A stretch of DNA of 32,000 nucleotides from Mycolicibacterium smegmatis (GCF_001457595.1 NZ_LN831039.1:510001-542000), one strand, 5' to 3'. Shown: positions 23,782 through 32,000, counted from the stretch's first letter. The notes: a model not told the origin generated them from the sequence alone. A program made the numbers and translations.

Positions 23782-24483
23782 ATGAAACGACTCATCGCCC
23801 TGGGCGCGCTCTGTTGCGCGGCGTGTGGTCACTCGGGTGCGCAGGGGTTGGGCCTCTCCGACGATTTCACCGGTCCCAATGGTGTGATCGCGGCCGAGGG
23901 TACGCCGGTGCAACCAGGTGACAAGTGGATCGTCACCAGCGGAACCTTGTTCCGGGACAACGGCACTGCGTGGACGGGTCCGCCGGACGAGTCCACGGGT
24001 TCGGAGGTCTTCCGGATGGTTTCGGTGGTCCGCGGGTTCAACGACCTGCAGATGTCGTTGGCGATGCGCGTCGACGCCATGTCGACGACGGCACGAACGC
24101 CTGCGCAGGACTACGACGGTGCACACATCTGGGTGCGCTACCAGTCCGATGTCGCGCTCTACGCCGTGAGTGTCGACCGACGCGATGCCACCATGACCAT
24201 CAAGAAGAAGTGCGCGGGCGGGACCGACAACGGCGGGACGTACTACGACCTGAACGGTTTCGTGCATGACGTACCCATTCCGTTCGGAAAATGGCAGCAC
24301 ATCGCGGTGACCGTCCGCGATCACCCAGATGGCTCGGTGTACATCGACGCCACGCGTGACGGGATCACGATGAGCGCGGTCGACGACGGTGTCGGCTGTG
24401 CACCGTTGCACGGCGGTGGTGTCGGGATCCGTGGCGACAACGCCGAACTCCGTTTCGCAGACATCTCGGTGACGTCGCTGTAG
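23782..24483 (+). CDS. Lipoprotein with a ConA/LamG-like (DUF1080-like) domain
   Basis: Signal peptide with Cys (LGALCCAACG). The body reads WQHIAVTVRD..DGSVYIDATRDG ... GGGVGIRGDNAELRFADISV. This parallels the C-terminal domain of the preceding protein. The gene starts 9 nt after that protein's stop. Confidence 0.65.
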   Translation: MKRLIALGALCCAACGHSGAQGLGLSDDFTGPNGVIAAEGTPVQPGDKWIVTSGTLFRDNGTAWTGPPDESTGSEVFRMVSVVRGFNDLQMSLAMRVDAMSTTARTPAQDYDGAHIWVRYQSDVALYAVSVDRRDATMTIKKKCAGGTDNGGTYYDLNGFVHDVPIPFGKWQHIAVTVRDHPDGSVYIDATRDGITMSAVDDGVGCAPLHGGGVGIRGDNAELRFADISVTSL

Positions 24484-24518
24484 AGAAGCGCACAGCCGCA
24501 TGTCTCTGCCTGGTAGGG

Positions 24519-25178
24519 CTACGCCGGTTGGTTGTGGCGGGGCAGGGTCGCGTAGGCGAATTCGAACAGGTAGTCGCTCAGGGCGAGGGATGCTCCATTC
24601 GCGGCTTCGGCGTTGCCTGCCGCGATCGCGGCGAGGATGTCATGGTGCAGCTGGGCGGCCCGACGCAGCTCCTCGACCGGATCGCTCAGATGCCCGAACC
24701 AGAAGCGTCGTGAGAGCCCCTGAAGTGGTGCCATCGCCACTTCGATGTATTCGTTGTGGGTTGCCGCGACGACCAGCGCGTGCGCTTTACGCAGGAAGTT
24801 TGAGAAGTCGGTGACGGTCTTGTCACCGCTCACAACGTCCTCGGCGAGTTCGCGGGCGGCTTGTCGTTGTGAATCGGTCGCCCGCGAGGCAGCGACTCGC
24901 ACGGCGAACGGTTCGAGTATGCGGCGCAATTCGAGGAGTTTGAGCTGCGCTTCGACGGAGGTGGGCGGAACCAGCACTCCCCGGTTGGGGTGGATCTCCA
25001 GCAGCCGCTCCCGCGAAAGCCGCTGCACCGCTTCCCGCACCGGCGTGCGGCCCAACCCGGTGAGCTCCATCAGCTGTTTCTCGGAGACGAGACTTCCTGG
25101 CGCGATTTCGCCGAGCACGATCATGCGCTCGATCTCGACGAAGGCTTGATCGCTCTTGTTCTGCGGCTCGCTGGTCAT
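24519..25178 (-). CDS. GntR family regulator (FadR/FCD subfamily)
   Basis: The winged HTH reads SEKQLMELTGLGRTPVREAVQRLSRERLLEIHPNRGVLV. The C-terminal domain is all-helical. Confidence 0.85.
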   Translation of the reverse strand: MTSEPQNKSDQAFVEIERMIVLGEIAPGSLVSEKQLMELTGLGRTPVREAVQRLSRERLLEIHPNRGVLVPPTSVEAQLKLLELRRILEPFAVRVAASRATDSQRQAARELAEDVVSGDKTVTDFSNFLRKAHALVVAATHNEYIEVAMAPLQGLSRRFWFGHLSDPVEELRRAAQLHHDILAAIAAGNAEAANGASLALSDYLFEFAYATLPRHNQPA

Positions 25179-25218
25179 TTGCCTCCTCTCGGTGGGCTAG
25201 ACAGTATCGCGCTCGGAG

Positions 25219-26619
25219 ATGTACGGTCCACATATGACTGATATATCGGTTGTATGGCGGCTGCGGCCGGAGATGGGCGATCACCGACTTCCCGTGGTGG
25301 CCGACGTCGATGTCGCGGTGGTCGGAGCCGGCGCTGCAGGAGTCGCCGCCGCGACTGTGGCCGCCGAAGCGGGCCTCTCGGTGGTGGTCGTGGAGAAATA
25401 CGGGTTCGCCGGCGGGGCGGCCGTGGCAGGTATGTCCGGCACCATCTGCGGGATGTACCTGGCTTCCGACTCCGCGTCGCGGCCCGAGAGGGTCGTGCAC
25501 GGCTTCACTGAGCGGTTCGCCGGGGAGTTGACCGTCCGCGGCGGACTCACGGCGCCACAGCGATATGGCAAGACCTTCACCGTTGCTCACGATCCGCTGG
25601 TGTGGCGGGAGGTCGCAGATGACCTGATGACCGCGGCAGGCGTCCGAATTCTCTATCACACCCAGGTGATCGATGTCCTGATCGAAGGCGACGACTATCA
25701 GGGGTTGGTTTTGGCGTCGAACGCCGGGGTTGGCGTGGTACGGGCGGCCAGGATCATCGATGCCTCGGGCGACGGTGCGGTGGTGGCACGCGCGGGCGGC
25801 GGGTATCGGTTCGGCGATCACGGGCGCATCCAGAACCCCACGATGTTCTTTCGGCTGGGTAACGTCGATCTGCACGCCTTCTGGTCCGCATGGGGGCCCA
25901 ACACGATCTCACCGCAATGGGTTTCCGACGCCATCGAACAGGCGCGTACCGCTGGACTGGATCTCCCCAGAAACAAGATCTGGATCTTCGACACCACCCG
26001 TCCTGGTGAGTTGCTCGTGAATGCGACCCGGCTCACGGCGCCGGACGGTCGCATGCTGAACGTGATCGACCCTGCGGACTTCACCATTGCTGAGGTCGAG
26101 GGGCGTCGTCAGGTGCGCGCATATGCCCGGTTCCTCGCAGAAAACGTTCCGGGATGTGGGCACGCTTTCGTGGTGGACACCGGCGTCGAAGCAGGCATTC
26201 GTCAGACCCGCACGGTGGACTGCATCGAGACGCTGCGGGACGGTGACGTCGTCGATGGCGCGAAACGTGACGACAGCATCTGCCGATCACCGTGGCCGAT
26301 TGAGTTGCACGACGGTGAAAAGCCCAAGCTTCATTGGCTTCTGGATGACTACTATGACGTCCCATACGGTGCGTTGGTGCCCCAACGCGGTGAGAACATC
26401 ATCGTGGCCGGCCGCTGCTTGAGCGCCGAACACCAGGCGCTCGCCTCTGCGCGGGTCACCGCACAGTGTTTCGAGTACGGCCATGCCGCCGCGGTGGCCA
26501 CCGCCCTCTCACTCGATCGCGGCACTGCCTATCGCGACCTGGACCCGGCCGGTATCCAAGCCCGGATGATCGCCAGCGGAAGCGCATTACGCACCCCTCA
26601 ACGACAGGATGTCCCGTGA
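25219..26619 (+). CDS. FAD-dependent oxidoreductase (FAD_oxidored/GIDA-like fold), substrate unknown
   Basis: The dinucleotide-binding motif is DVAVVGAGAAGVAAATVAAEAGLSVVVVEK. The start is ambiguous: ATG at 25219, 25234 or 25273. The stop overlaps the next start (GTGA at 26616-26619). Confidence 0.75.
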   Translation: MYGPHMTDISVVWRLRPEMGDHRLPVVADVDVAVVGAGAAGVAAATVAAEAGLSVVVVEKYGFAGGAAVAGMSGTICGMYLASDSASRPERVVHGFTERFAGELTVRGGLTAPQRYGKTFTVAHDPLVWREVADDLMTAAGVRILYHTQVIDVLIEGDDYQGLVLASNAGVGVVRAARIIDASGDGAVVARAGGGYRFGDHGRIQNPTMFFRLGNVDLHAFWSAWGPNTISPQWVSDAIEQARTAGLDLPRNKIWIFDTTRPGELLVNATRLTAPDGRMLNVIDPADFTIAEVEGRRQVRAYARFLAENVPGCGHAFVVDTGVEAGIRQTRTVDCIETLRDGDVVDGAKRDDSICRSPWPIELHDGEKPKLHWLLDDYYDVPYGALVPQRGENIIVAGRCLSAEHQALASARVTAQCFEYGHAAAVATALSLDRGTAYRDLDPAGIQARMIASGSALRTPQRQDVP

Positions 26620-28310
26620 CCGACAACTTCGAACGCGCAGGCGCGCCCGGCGAACTGCGTAGCAACTTCACGCCGGGAAGCACGCGCTGGGCCGTACGTC
26701 GCGCGCAATGGAGCGCCATGGGGATCGATTGGCGCGACCAGGAGAAGCCCAAGATCGCAATTGTCAACACCTCCTCGAAACTGTCCGTGTGTTTCGCGCA
26801 TCTCGATGACGTGGCCGTGCGGGTCGCCGAGGCGGTACGCGCAGCCGGAGGCCTTCCGTTCGAGATTCGTACGACGGCGCCAAGCGATTTCGTCACCAGT
26901 GCTGGGCGGAAGGCGCGCTACCTGATGCCTACCCGCGATCTCATCGTCAATGATGTCGAGGCAGCGGTGGAAGGTGCGGTGCTCGACGGAGTCGTTTTTC
27001 TCTCGTCGTGTGACAAGACGACTCCTGCGCATCTGATGGCAGCGGCGCGGCTGGACCTTCCTGCCATCGTCGTCATCGGCGGGTACCAACGCGGCGGCAC
27101 CTGGAGCGGATGTTCGGTGGACATTGACACCGTGTACGAATCCGTCGGTGCCTTGACCGCAGGCACGATGACCGTCGACCAACTCGGTGAGTTGGCGGAT
27201 CAGGCGATCGAGGGGCCGGGGGTGTGCGCCGGACTCGCCACCGCGAACACCATGCACTGCCTTGCTGAAGCTCTCGGCATGACGGTGGCGGGATCTGCAC
27301 CGGTACGGGCGAACTCCGATCGAATGCTGGACAATGCCGCAGCAGCCGGACACCACATCGTGAAGATGGTCGAGCAGAACCTCACTGCGCGCCAGGTCAT
27401 CACCGAGAAGTCGATCGAGAACGCCATCGAGGTGGCGCTTGCCCTCGGCGGGTCGGTCAACTGTATTCGCCACCTGGCGGCGATCTGCGCCGAGGCGGAC
27501 CTCGATCTGGATGTGGTTGGCATGTTCGAGAAGCACGGCGGGGATGCCGTCCAGCTCGCGGCCATCCGTCCGAACGGTGCGCACCAGGTGTGGGATCTCG
27601 ACGGAGTGGGCGGCATCCAGACTGTGATGCGTACTCTGCTTCCCCGTCTGCACGGCGATGCGCTCACAGTCGACGGCCGCACCGTGTCAGAGCGTGCAGC
27701 AGATGCGCAACCTGCCGACGGTGACGTGCTGCACCCGCTCGACGACCCCATCAACGACGAGCCCGGCCTGATCATCCTGCGCGGATCCCTGGCGCCGGAT
27801 GGATCGATCGTCAAGGTCGCCGGTGTCGGTAAGGCGACCCGTCGCCAGTTCAATGGCCCGGCAAAGGTTTTCGTGGGTGAGGATGACGCCATTGCCGCAC
27901 TCGGTGACGGCCGGATCCAACGCGGCGACGTCATTGTGCTGCGGGGCATGGGGCCACGTGGAGGGCCGGGCACGGTCTTCGCGGCGAGCTTCGTCGCCGC
28001 GCTGAACGGGGCGGGGCTAGGCGGCCACGTCGCAGTGGTCACCGACGGTGAACTCTCCGGACTCAATCACGGACTCGTGGTCGGGCAGGTCATGCCCGAA
28101 GCCGCCGACGGCGGCCCACTGGCCGGACTCCAGAACGGAGACACCGTCGCGATCGACCTGGACGCTCGTCGGATCGACAGCCACCCGATCCGCGACGGTG
28201 AGCCGGTGCGTGCCACCGGAGAACACCCGGAACGCGGCTGGCTCGGACAGTATGCGGCCCTGGTCGGCCCGGTCCAGCGTGGTGCGGTACTTCGCAGGCC
28301 GCGCAATTGA
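26616..28310 (+). CDS. IlvD/Edd family dehydratase (probably a sugar-acid dehydratase)
   Basis: The track ORF 26466..28310 is trimmed to the GTG at 26616 (VTDNFERAG...). Motifs are PKIAIVNTSS, SSCDKTTPAHLMAAARLDLPAIVV, and LVTDGELSG-like VVTDGELSGL. Confidence 0.85.
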   Translation: MTDNFERAGAPGELRSNFTPGSTRWAVRRAQWSAMGIDWRDQEKPKIAIVNTSSKLSVCFAHLDDVAVRVAEAVRAAGGLPFEIRTTAPSDFVTSAGRKARYLMPTRDLIVNDVEAAVEGAVLDGVVFLSSCDKTTPAHLMAAARLDLPAIVVIGGYQRGGTWSGCSVDIDTVYESVGALTAGTMTVDQLGELADQAIEGPGVCAGLATANTMHCLAEALGMTVAGSAPVRANSDRMLDNAAAAGHHIVKMVEQNLTARQVITEKSIENAIEVALALGGSVNCIRHLAAICAEADLDLDVVGMFEKHGGDAVQLAAIRPNGAHQVWDLDGVGGIQTVMRTLLPRLHGDALTVDGRTVSERAADAQPADGDVLHPLDDPINDEPGLIILRGSLAPDGSIVKVAGVGKATRRQFNGPAKVFVGEDDAIAALGDGRIQRGDVIVLRGMGPRGGPGTVFAASFVAALNGAGLGGHVAVVTDGELSGLNHGLVVGQVMPEAADGGPLAGLQNGDTVAIDLDARRIDSHPIRDGEPVRATGEHPERGWLGQYAALVGPVQRGAVLRRPRN

Positions 28311-28336
28311 GCTCGCCGAATCGAAGGAGTCATGTC

Positions 28337-29710
28337 ATGAGCAGAGCCGGCAACGATGCCGCTGAAAAGCCGCCGAACCAGGCCAGGAAGGCGGGCATCG
28401 CCGCACTCGTCGGTACCACCTTGGAGTGGTACGACTTTCTCATCTACGGCACGGCCGCCGCGCTCGTGCTCAACTCGCAGTTCTTTCCTGGCGTGAATCC
28501 GACGGCAGGCACGCTGGCAGCCTTCGCGTCGTATGCCGTGGGGTTCCTGGCCCGACCGCTCGGTGGCATCGTGCTCGGCAACATGGGAGACCGGTTGGGG
28601 CGCAAACGGATGCTTGTCTTCACCATCGTGCTGATGGGTGTGGCGACGACGTTGATCGGTGTCTTGCCGAACTACGACGCCATCGGCGTCTTCGCGCCGA
28701 TTCTGTTGATAGTGCTGCGACTGCTCCAGGGTTTCGGTGCGGGTGGGGAGTACGCGGGGGCGGTCGTACTGTCGGTGGAACACGGTGATCAGAAGCGACG
28801 CGGAATGGCCGGTGCTTGGGCACCAACAGGTTTCGCGATCGCGACTCTGTTGTCCACCGGTGTGTTCCAGTTGGCGACGCTCCTGCCCGACGACGCCTTT
28901 CACACCTGGGGATGGCGGGTGCCGTTCCTGCTCGGAGCGGTCCTGCTGGTCGTCGGATACTTCATTCGCCGCAGTATCGACGAAACACAGGCGTACGAGG
29001 ACGCTGTCGCGGCCGAGGCCGAGGGAACCGCTGAGCAGACCAAGATCCCGGTACTGGACGCGATTCGACGCAGCCCACGCAGCTTTCTCGTGGTGGTCGG
29101 ATCCCGTCTGGCGGAGAACGGCTTTGCGTACCTGTTCCCGGTGTTCGCCGTGGGATTCGCGGTCAACTCGCTGGGTGTATCCAGCAGCACCACCTTGCTG
29201 GCGGTCGTGATCGCGTCGGCCGTGCAGATAGGCGCGATACCGGTGTGGGCCAACGTGAGCGACCGCATCGGCCGCCGACCGGTGTACGCAGCGGGTGCCC
29301 TGATCTCGGTGTTGTGGCTCGTGCCCTTCTTCCTGCTGCTCGAATCGCTCAGTCCGGCTCTGCTGGTGCTCGGCTTCGTCGTGGGCTTGGGCATTCTCTA
29401 CCCGGCCATGCTCGCGCCCCAGGCCGCCTACTACGCCGAACTGTTCGATACCCGGACGCGGCTGTCGGGCTTCGCATTCGCCCGTGAGATCGGTTCGGTG
29501 CTGGCCGGTGGATTCCTGCCGTTGATCGCGACGGCACTGATCGCGGCGTTCGGACACTGGTGGGTGATCGTCGTCTACCTCGCCGTCCTCACACTGCTCA
29601 CCCTCGTTGCGCTCGCGTACGGGCCGGAAACCAACCGCAGGGACATCGTGTCTCCGAACGAGACTGATGCGACGGCGTCAGGCACCGAAGTGCGTGTGGC
29701 CCCAAGGTGA
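28337..29710 (+). CDS. MFS transporter, metabolite:H+ symporter (MHS) family
   Basis: GAAGGAG lies 7 nt upstream of the ATG at 28337. The MHS signature GTTLEWYDFLIYGTAAALV and GDRLGRKRML are present. 12-TM profile. Confidence 0.85.
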   Translation: MSRAGNDAAEKPPNQARKAGIAALVGTTLEWYDFLIYGTAAALVLNSQFFPGVNPTAGTLAAFASYAVGFLARPLGGIVLGNMGDRLGRKRMLVFTIVLMGVATTLIGVLPNYDAIGVFAPILLIVLRLLQGFGAGGEYAGAVVLSVEHGDQKRRGMAGAWAPTGFAIATLLSTGVFQLATLLPDDAFHTWGWRVPFLLGAVLLVVGYFIRRSIDETQAYEDAVAAEAEGTAEQTKIPVLDAIRRSPRSFLVVVGSRLAENGFAYLFPVFAVGFAVNSLGVSSSTTLLAVVIASAVQIGAIPVWANVSDRIGRRPVYAAGALISVLWLVPFFLLLESLSPALLVLGFVVGLGILYPAMLAPQAAYYAELFDTRTRLSGFAFAREIGSVLAGGFLPLIATALIAAFGHWWVIVVYLAVLTLLTLVALAYGPETNRRDIVSPNETDATASGTEVRVAPR

Positions 29711-29714
29711 GGGG

Positions 29715-30824
29715 TCACACGAAGATGTCGGTGGGAATCAATGCGGAAACCAGGATGTTCGGTGCGTCGACGATCTGGCTCAGTCGCAGGTCGACGGCAA
29801 CGCTGCACAAGGCATATGCCTGCTGTCGCGTGAAGCCGCGGTCGACGCTGAGATGGTCGACCATCAGCCGAAGGGCATTGCGGGTCGCCATGTTGAGATT
29901 CTCCGGATGGATCTCGCCCGCGGAGTCGACCGGGATGCCGGTGACGGCGAAGTGTGGCCGGCTTGCGACGTCGGGAGGTCCGGGAGTGAGTCGTTCGAAA
30001 CTCAGGTGAGGAGAATCCTGTGCTGCGGCGGCGCCCTTGCGCAGATCGAAACGTAGTACCACTCGCGCCGTGGTCTCGACTGCCGCACCACACGACTCAC
30101 CGTCACCCTGTGCGAAGTGTCCGTCACCGACCGAGAACAGCGCTCCCGGTACCCACACCGGGAGGTGGACGCGACTGCCTGCGGTCAGGTGTTTGATGTC
30201 GACGTTGCCGGCCGCCTCGGTGGGCGAGATGGTGCGCCGTCCCGGATCCGCCGCGCGGTCCGGTGGCACGGCCGAGGTGGGATTGGGAAGTTCGACCAGT
30301 CCACCGCCCTGCGCGGCGCGCTGTTCGGCCGCCTTGGTGCGGTCGAACAAAGCGCGGGAAGGTGCGACGCCCATGACGCCCATGAACGGTGCTCCCGGTA
30401 GCCGCACGCCGGGCAGGTCCGCCGAATGCGCAAACCCGTCGGCGATCTCCCAGCGCACGATGTGTGGTTCGGTGAACTCCTCACGCAAGAATCCGAACCC
30501 GGGAATGTTCAAGGTGGCTCCGAAGTTCCCGGTGTCCACGGAAAGAACGTCGACCACGAGGAGATCACCGGGTTCGGCACCTTCGATGTGTATCGGCCCC
30601 GTGAGCGGGTGGATACGGGCCAAGTCGGCGCGGAGCACATCGTCGGCGGTCGAGGCGCGGCCGAACTGACCGTCGTAGCCGTCGCGGGTGTCGATCGCCA
30701 CGATATCGCCGGGGACACAACGCAGTACGGCAGGAATGTCGGGATGCCACCGGTTGTGCCCGGCTCGCGGATCCGCGATGAGGGGTCGGTCCAGATCGAC
30801 AGTGATCTCGTGCGTGACATTCAT
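29715..30824 (-). CDS. Acetamidase/formamidase (FmdA_AmdA) family amidohydrolase
   Basis: The track ORF is trimmed to MNVTHEITVDLDRPL.... NRWHPDIP, PLTGPI.IEGAEPGD, NVDIK and GDGHFAQGDGE are typical of the family. The start overlaps the upstream amidase stop (ATGA, 30821-30824). Confidence 0.85.
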   Translation of the reverse strand: MNVTHEITVDLDRPLIADPRAGHNRWHPDIPAVLRCVPGDIVAIDTRDGYDGQFGRASTADDVLRADLARIHPLTGPIHIEGAEPGDLLVVDVLSVDTGNFGATLNIPGFGFLREEFTEPHIVRWEIADGFAHSADLPGVRLPGAPFMGVMGVAPSRALFDRTKAAEQRAAQGGGLVELPNPTSAVPPDRAADPGRRTISPTEAAGNVDIKHLTAGSRVHLPVWVPGALFSVGDGHFAQGDGESCGAAVETTARVVLRFDLRKGAAAAQDSPHLSFERLTPGPPDVASRPHFAVTGIPVDSAGEIHPENLNMATRNALRLMVDHLSVDRGFTRQQAYALCSVAVDLRLSQIVDAPNILVSALIPTDIFV

Positions 30825-32000
30825 GGTGCGCTCACTTTCGCTGGGAGGAACCCGCCGGTCGCCTCTTCGTACGCGTGCGCGACGCGCAACACGGTGGCGT
30901 CGTCGAAATGGCGACCGACGATCATCATGCCCGTCGGCAGGCCGTCCACCAGACCCGCCGGCACACTGCACGCCGGGTGCCCGGATACGTCGAGGCCGGC
31001 CGTGTTGGCCATCATCTCCAATGCACGGGCGAGATACTCGTCGCGGGGAGCATCGGATTCCGGGATCGGCGTGGCCACCAGCGGCGTGGTCGGCATGACG
31101 AGGACGTCGAAGCGTGACAGCGCGTCATCGTACGCGGCCCGCAACCGGGGCACCAGGTTGCGGGCCTTTGCATAATGCGCGCCGTGGTGGCGTCGGATGG
31201 TGTGCCGCCCGGTCAGAAGTACGAGCTTCACGGTGTCCGGCAACAGTGTTCCGTCCGCTTGCCTGCGGGATCCGAAGAATTCGATCAACGCAGGGTCGTA
31301 CGCTCCCTGCCAATTCATCCCGTAGGCATTGCCGTCGACCATCTGGGTCGTCGCACCTTCCACGGCGATCACGTCCCAGATCTTGCGTCCGTGCCGGTGC
31401 CACGGAATCGACACGTTCTCGCACTGCATTCCCTGCGCACGCAACACGTCGACCGCGCGGCGAACAGCGTCGTCCACTCCCGGTACCGCCTCTGGGTGGC
31501 CGAAGCCCTCGCACAGAACGCCGACACGCATCCCGGCGACCGGTCGCTTCAGCTCCGCGACGTAGTCGGGCACGGCGACACGCGTCGGCTGACGCGGGTC
31601 GAGGCCATCGCGTCCGGCGAGGACCCCGAGGAGCAGGGCGGCGTCGGCAACGGTACGTGTCATGGGGCCCAGGTGGTCGAGAGTCTGTTCGATGGGGAAG
31701 GCGCCGGTGTAGGGGACGAGCCCGTGAGTCGGTTTGTGCCCGACGATTCCGGTGAAGGCGGCCGGCAGACGTACCGAACCTCCCTGGTCGCCGCCGGTGG
31801 CGATGTCGACTATGCCGGCCGCGACCAATGCCGCGCTGCCGCTTGACGACCCACCGGAGGTCCGTGTCGGATCCCAGGGGTTTCGCACGGGTCCGGTGGC
31901 GGAGGTGTGTGAAGCTCCGGAGAAGCAGAGGTCTTCGCACACCGCCTTGCCGGCGATCGTGGCGCCGGCAGCCAGCATCCTGCTGATTATGGTGGCGTCG
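30821..32000 (-). CDS. Amidase-signature (AS) family amidase; the 5' end lies beyond the right edge
   Basis: The AS motif is GGSSSGSAALVAAG ... GGDQGGSVRLPAAFTG. The frame stays open upstream of the track start (..DATIISRMLAAGATIAGKAV), so the gene is truncated by the window. Confidence 0.85.
   Translation of the reverse strand, partial: DATIISRMLAAGATIAGKAVCEDLCFSGASHTSATGPVRNPWDPTRTSGGSSSGSAALVAAGIVDIATGGDQGGSVRLPAAFTGIVGHKPTHGLVPYTGAFPIEQTLDHLGPMTRTVADAALLLGVLAGRDGLDPRQPTRVAVPDYVAELKRPVAGMRVGVLCEGFGHPEAVPGVDDAVRRAVDVLRAQGMQCENVSIPWHRHGRKIWDVIAVEGATTQMVDGNAYGMNWQGAYDPALIEFFGSRRQADGTLLPDTVKLVLLTGRHTIRRHHGAHYAKARNLVPRLRAAYDDALSRFDVLVMPTTPLVATPIPESDAPRDEYLARALEMMANTAGLDVSGHPACSVPAGLVDGLPTGMMIVGRHFDDATVLRVAHAYEEATGGFLPAKVSAP

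Noticed and set aside
17857-24483. Impression that the polysaccharide operon has lower GC than its flanks, which would suggest a horizontally acquired island
   Set aside because: Spot counts of single 60-nt lines were inconsistent. I counted about 52-57% at the TM-rich start of the GT2 gene, about 68% inside glmS, and about 73% in the sensor kinase gene. No integrase, tRNA or direct repeats flank the locus. A proper windowed GC/GC3 calculation is needed before any claim.
1-32000. Window-wide scan for CRISPR arrays, IS elements/transposases, tRNA T-loop motifs (GGTTCGAATC), and toxin-antitoxin or defence-type gene pairs
   Set aside because: Nothing was found by eye. The only substantial DNA repeat is the in-frame 231-bp tandem repeat inside the lipoprotein gene.

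Overview
This is a high-GC actinobacterial chromosomal segment. The MmpS/MmpL pair and strong G/C-ending codon bias suggest Corynebacteriales/Mycobacteriales; the genus cannot be determined from the sequence. I call 29 protein-coding genes, two of them cut by the window edges. I recognised no rRNA, tRNA, CRISPR array, transposase or integrase.

Gene order, left to right:
- GyrB-like topoisomerase ATPase (partial)
- HisKA_3 sensor kinase and NarL-type response regulator
- alpha/beta hydrolase
- YigZ
- mmpS-mmpL-tetR
- PdxK-like kinase
- DUF4344-like zinc-peptidase lipoprotein
- LysE/ArgO exporter, divergent from a MarR-GNAT fusion
- EamA transporter, divergent from a LysR regulator
- type-B carboxylesterase
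- Cys-rich tandem-repeat lipoprotein
- about 570 bp of lower-GC non-coding DNA
- LuxR-type regulator with a pseudo-receiver domain
- five-gene polysaccharide operon
- GntR regulator, divergent from an FAD-oxidoreductase / IlvD-Edd dehydratase / MHS transporter operon
- convergent formamidase-amidase pair (the amidase is partial)

The best candidate for an undescribed system is 16.3-24.5 kb. It is a translationally coupled operon of five genes: glmS paralog, WbpA-type UDP-N-acetylhexosamine dehydrogenase, class-I hyaluronan-synthase-like GT2, membrane-anchored NodB deacetylase fused to a ConA-like domain, and a ConA-like lipoprotein. An atypical LuxR regulator with Asn in place of the phospho-acceptor Asp precedes it. 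This gene combination matches no characterised has/pga/ica/nod locus that I know. It predicts a synthase-dependent, acidic, partly de-N-acetylated hexosamine polymer.

All family calls rest on motifs read by eye from the translations. No database search was run. Many long ORFs in the track are antisense shadows typical of high-GC DNA and are rejected.
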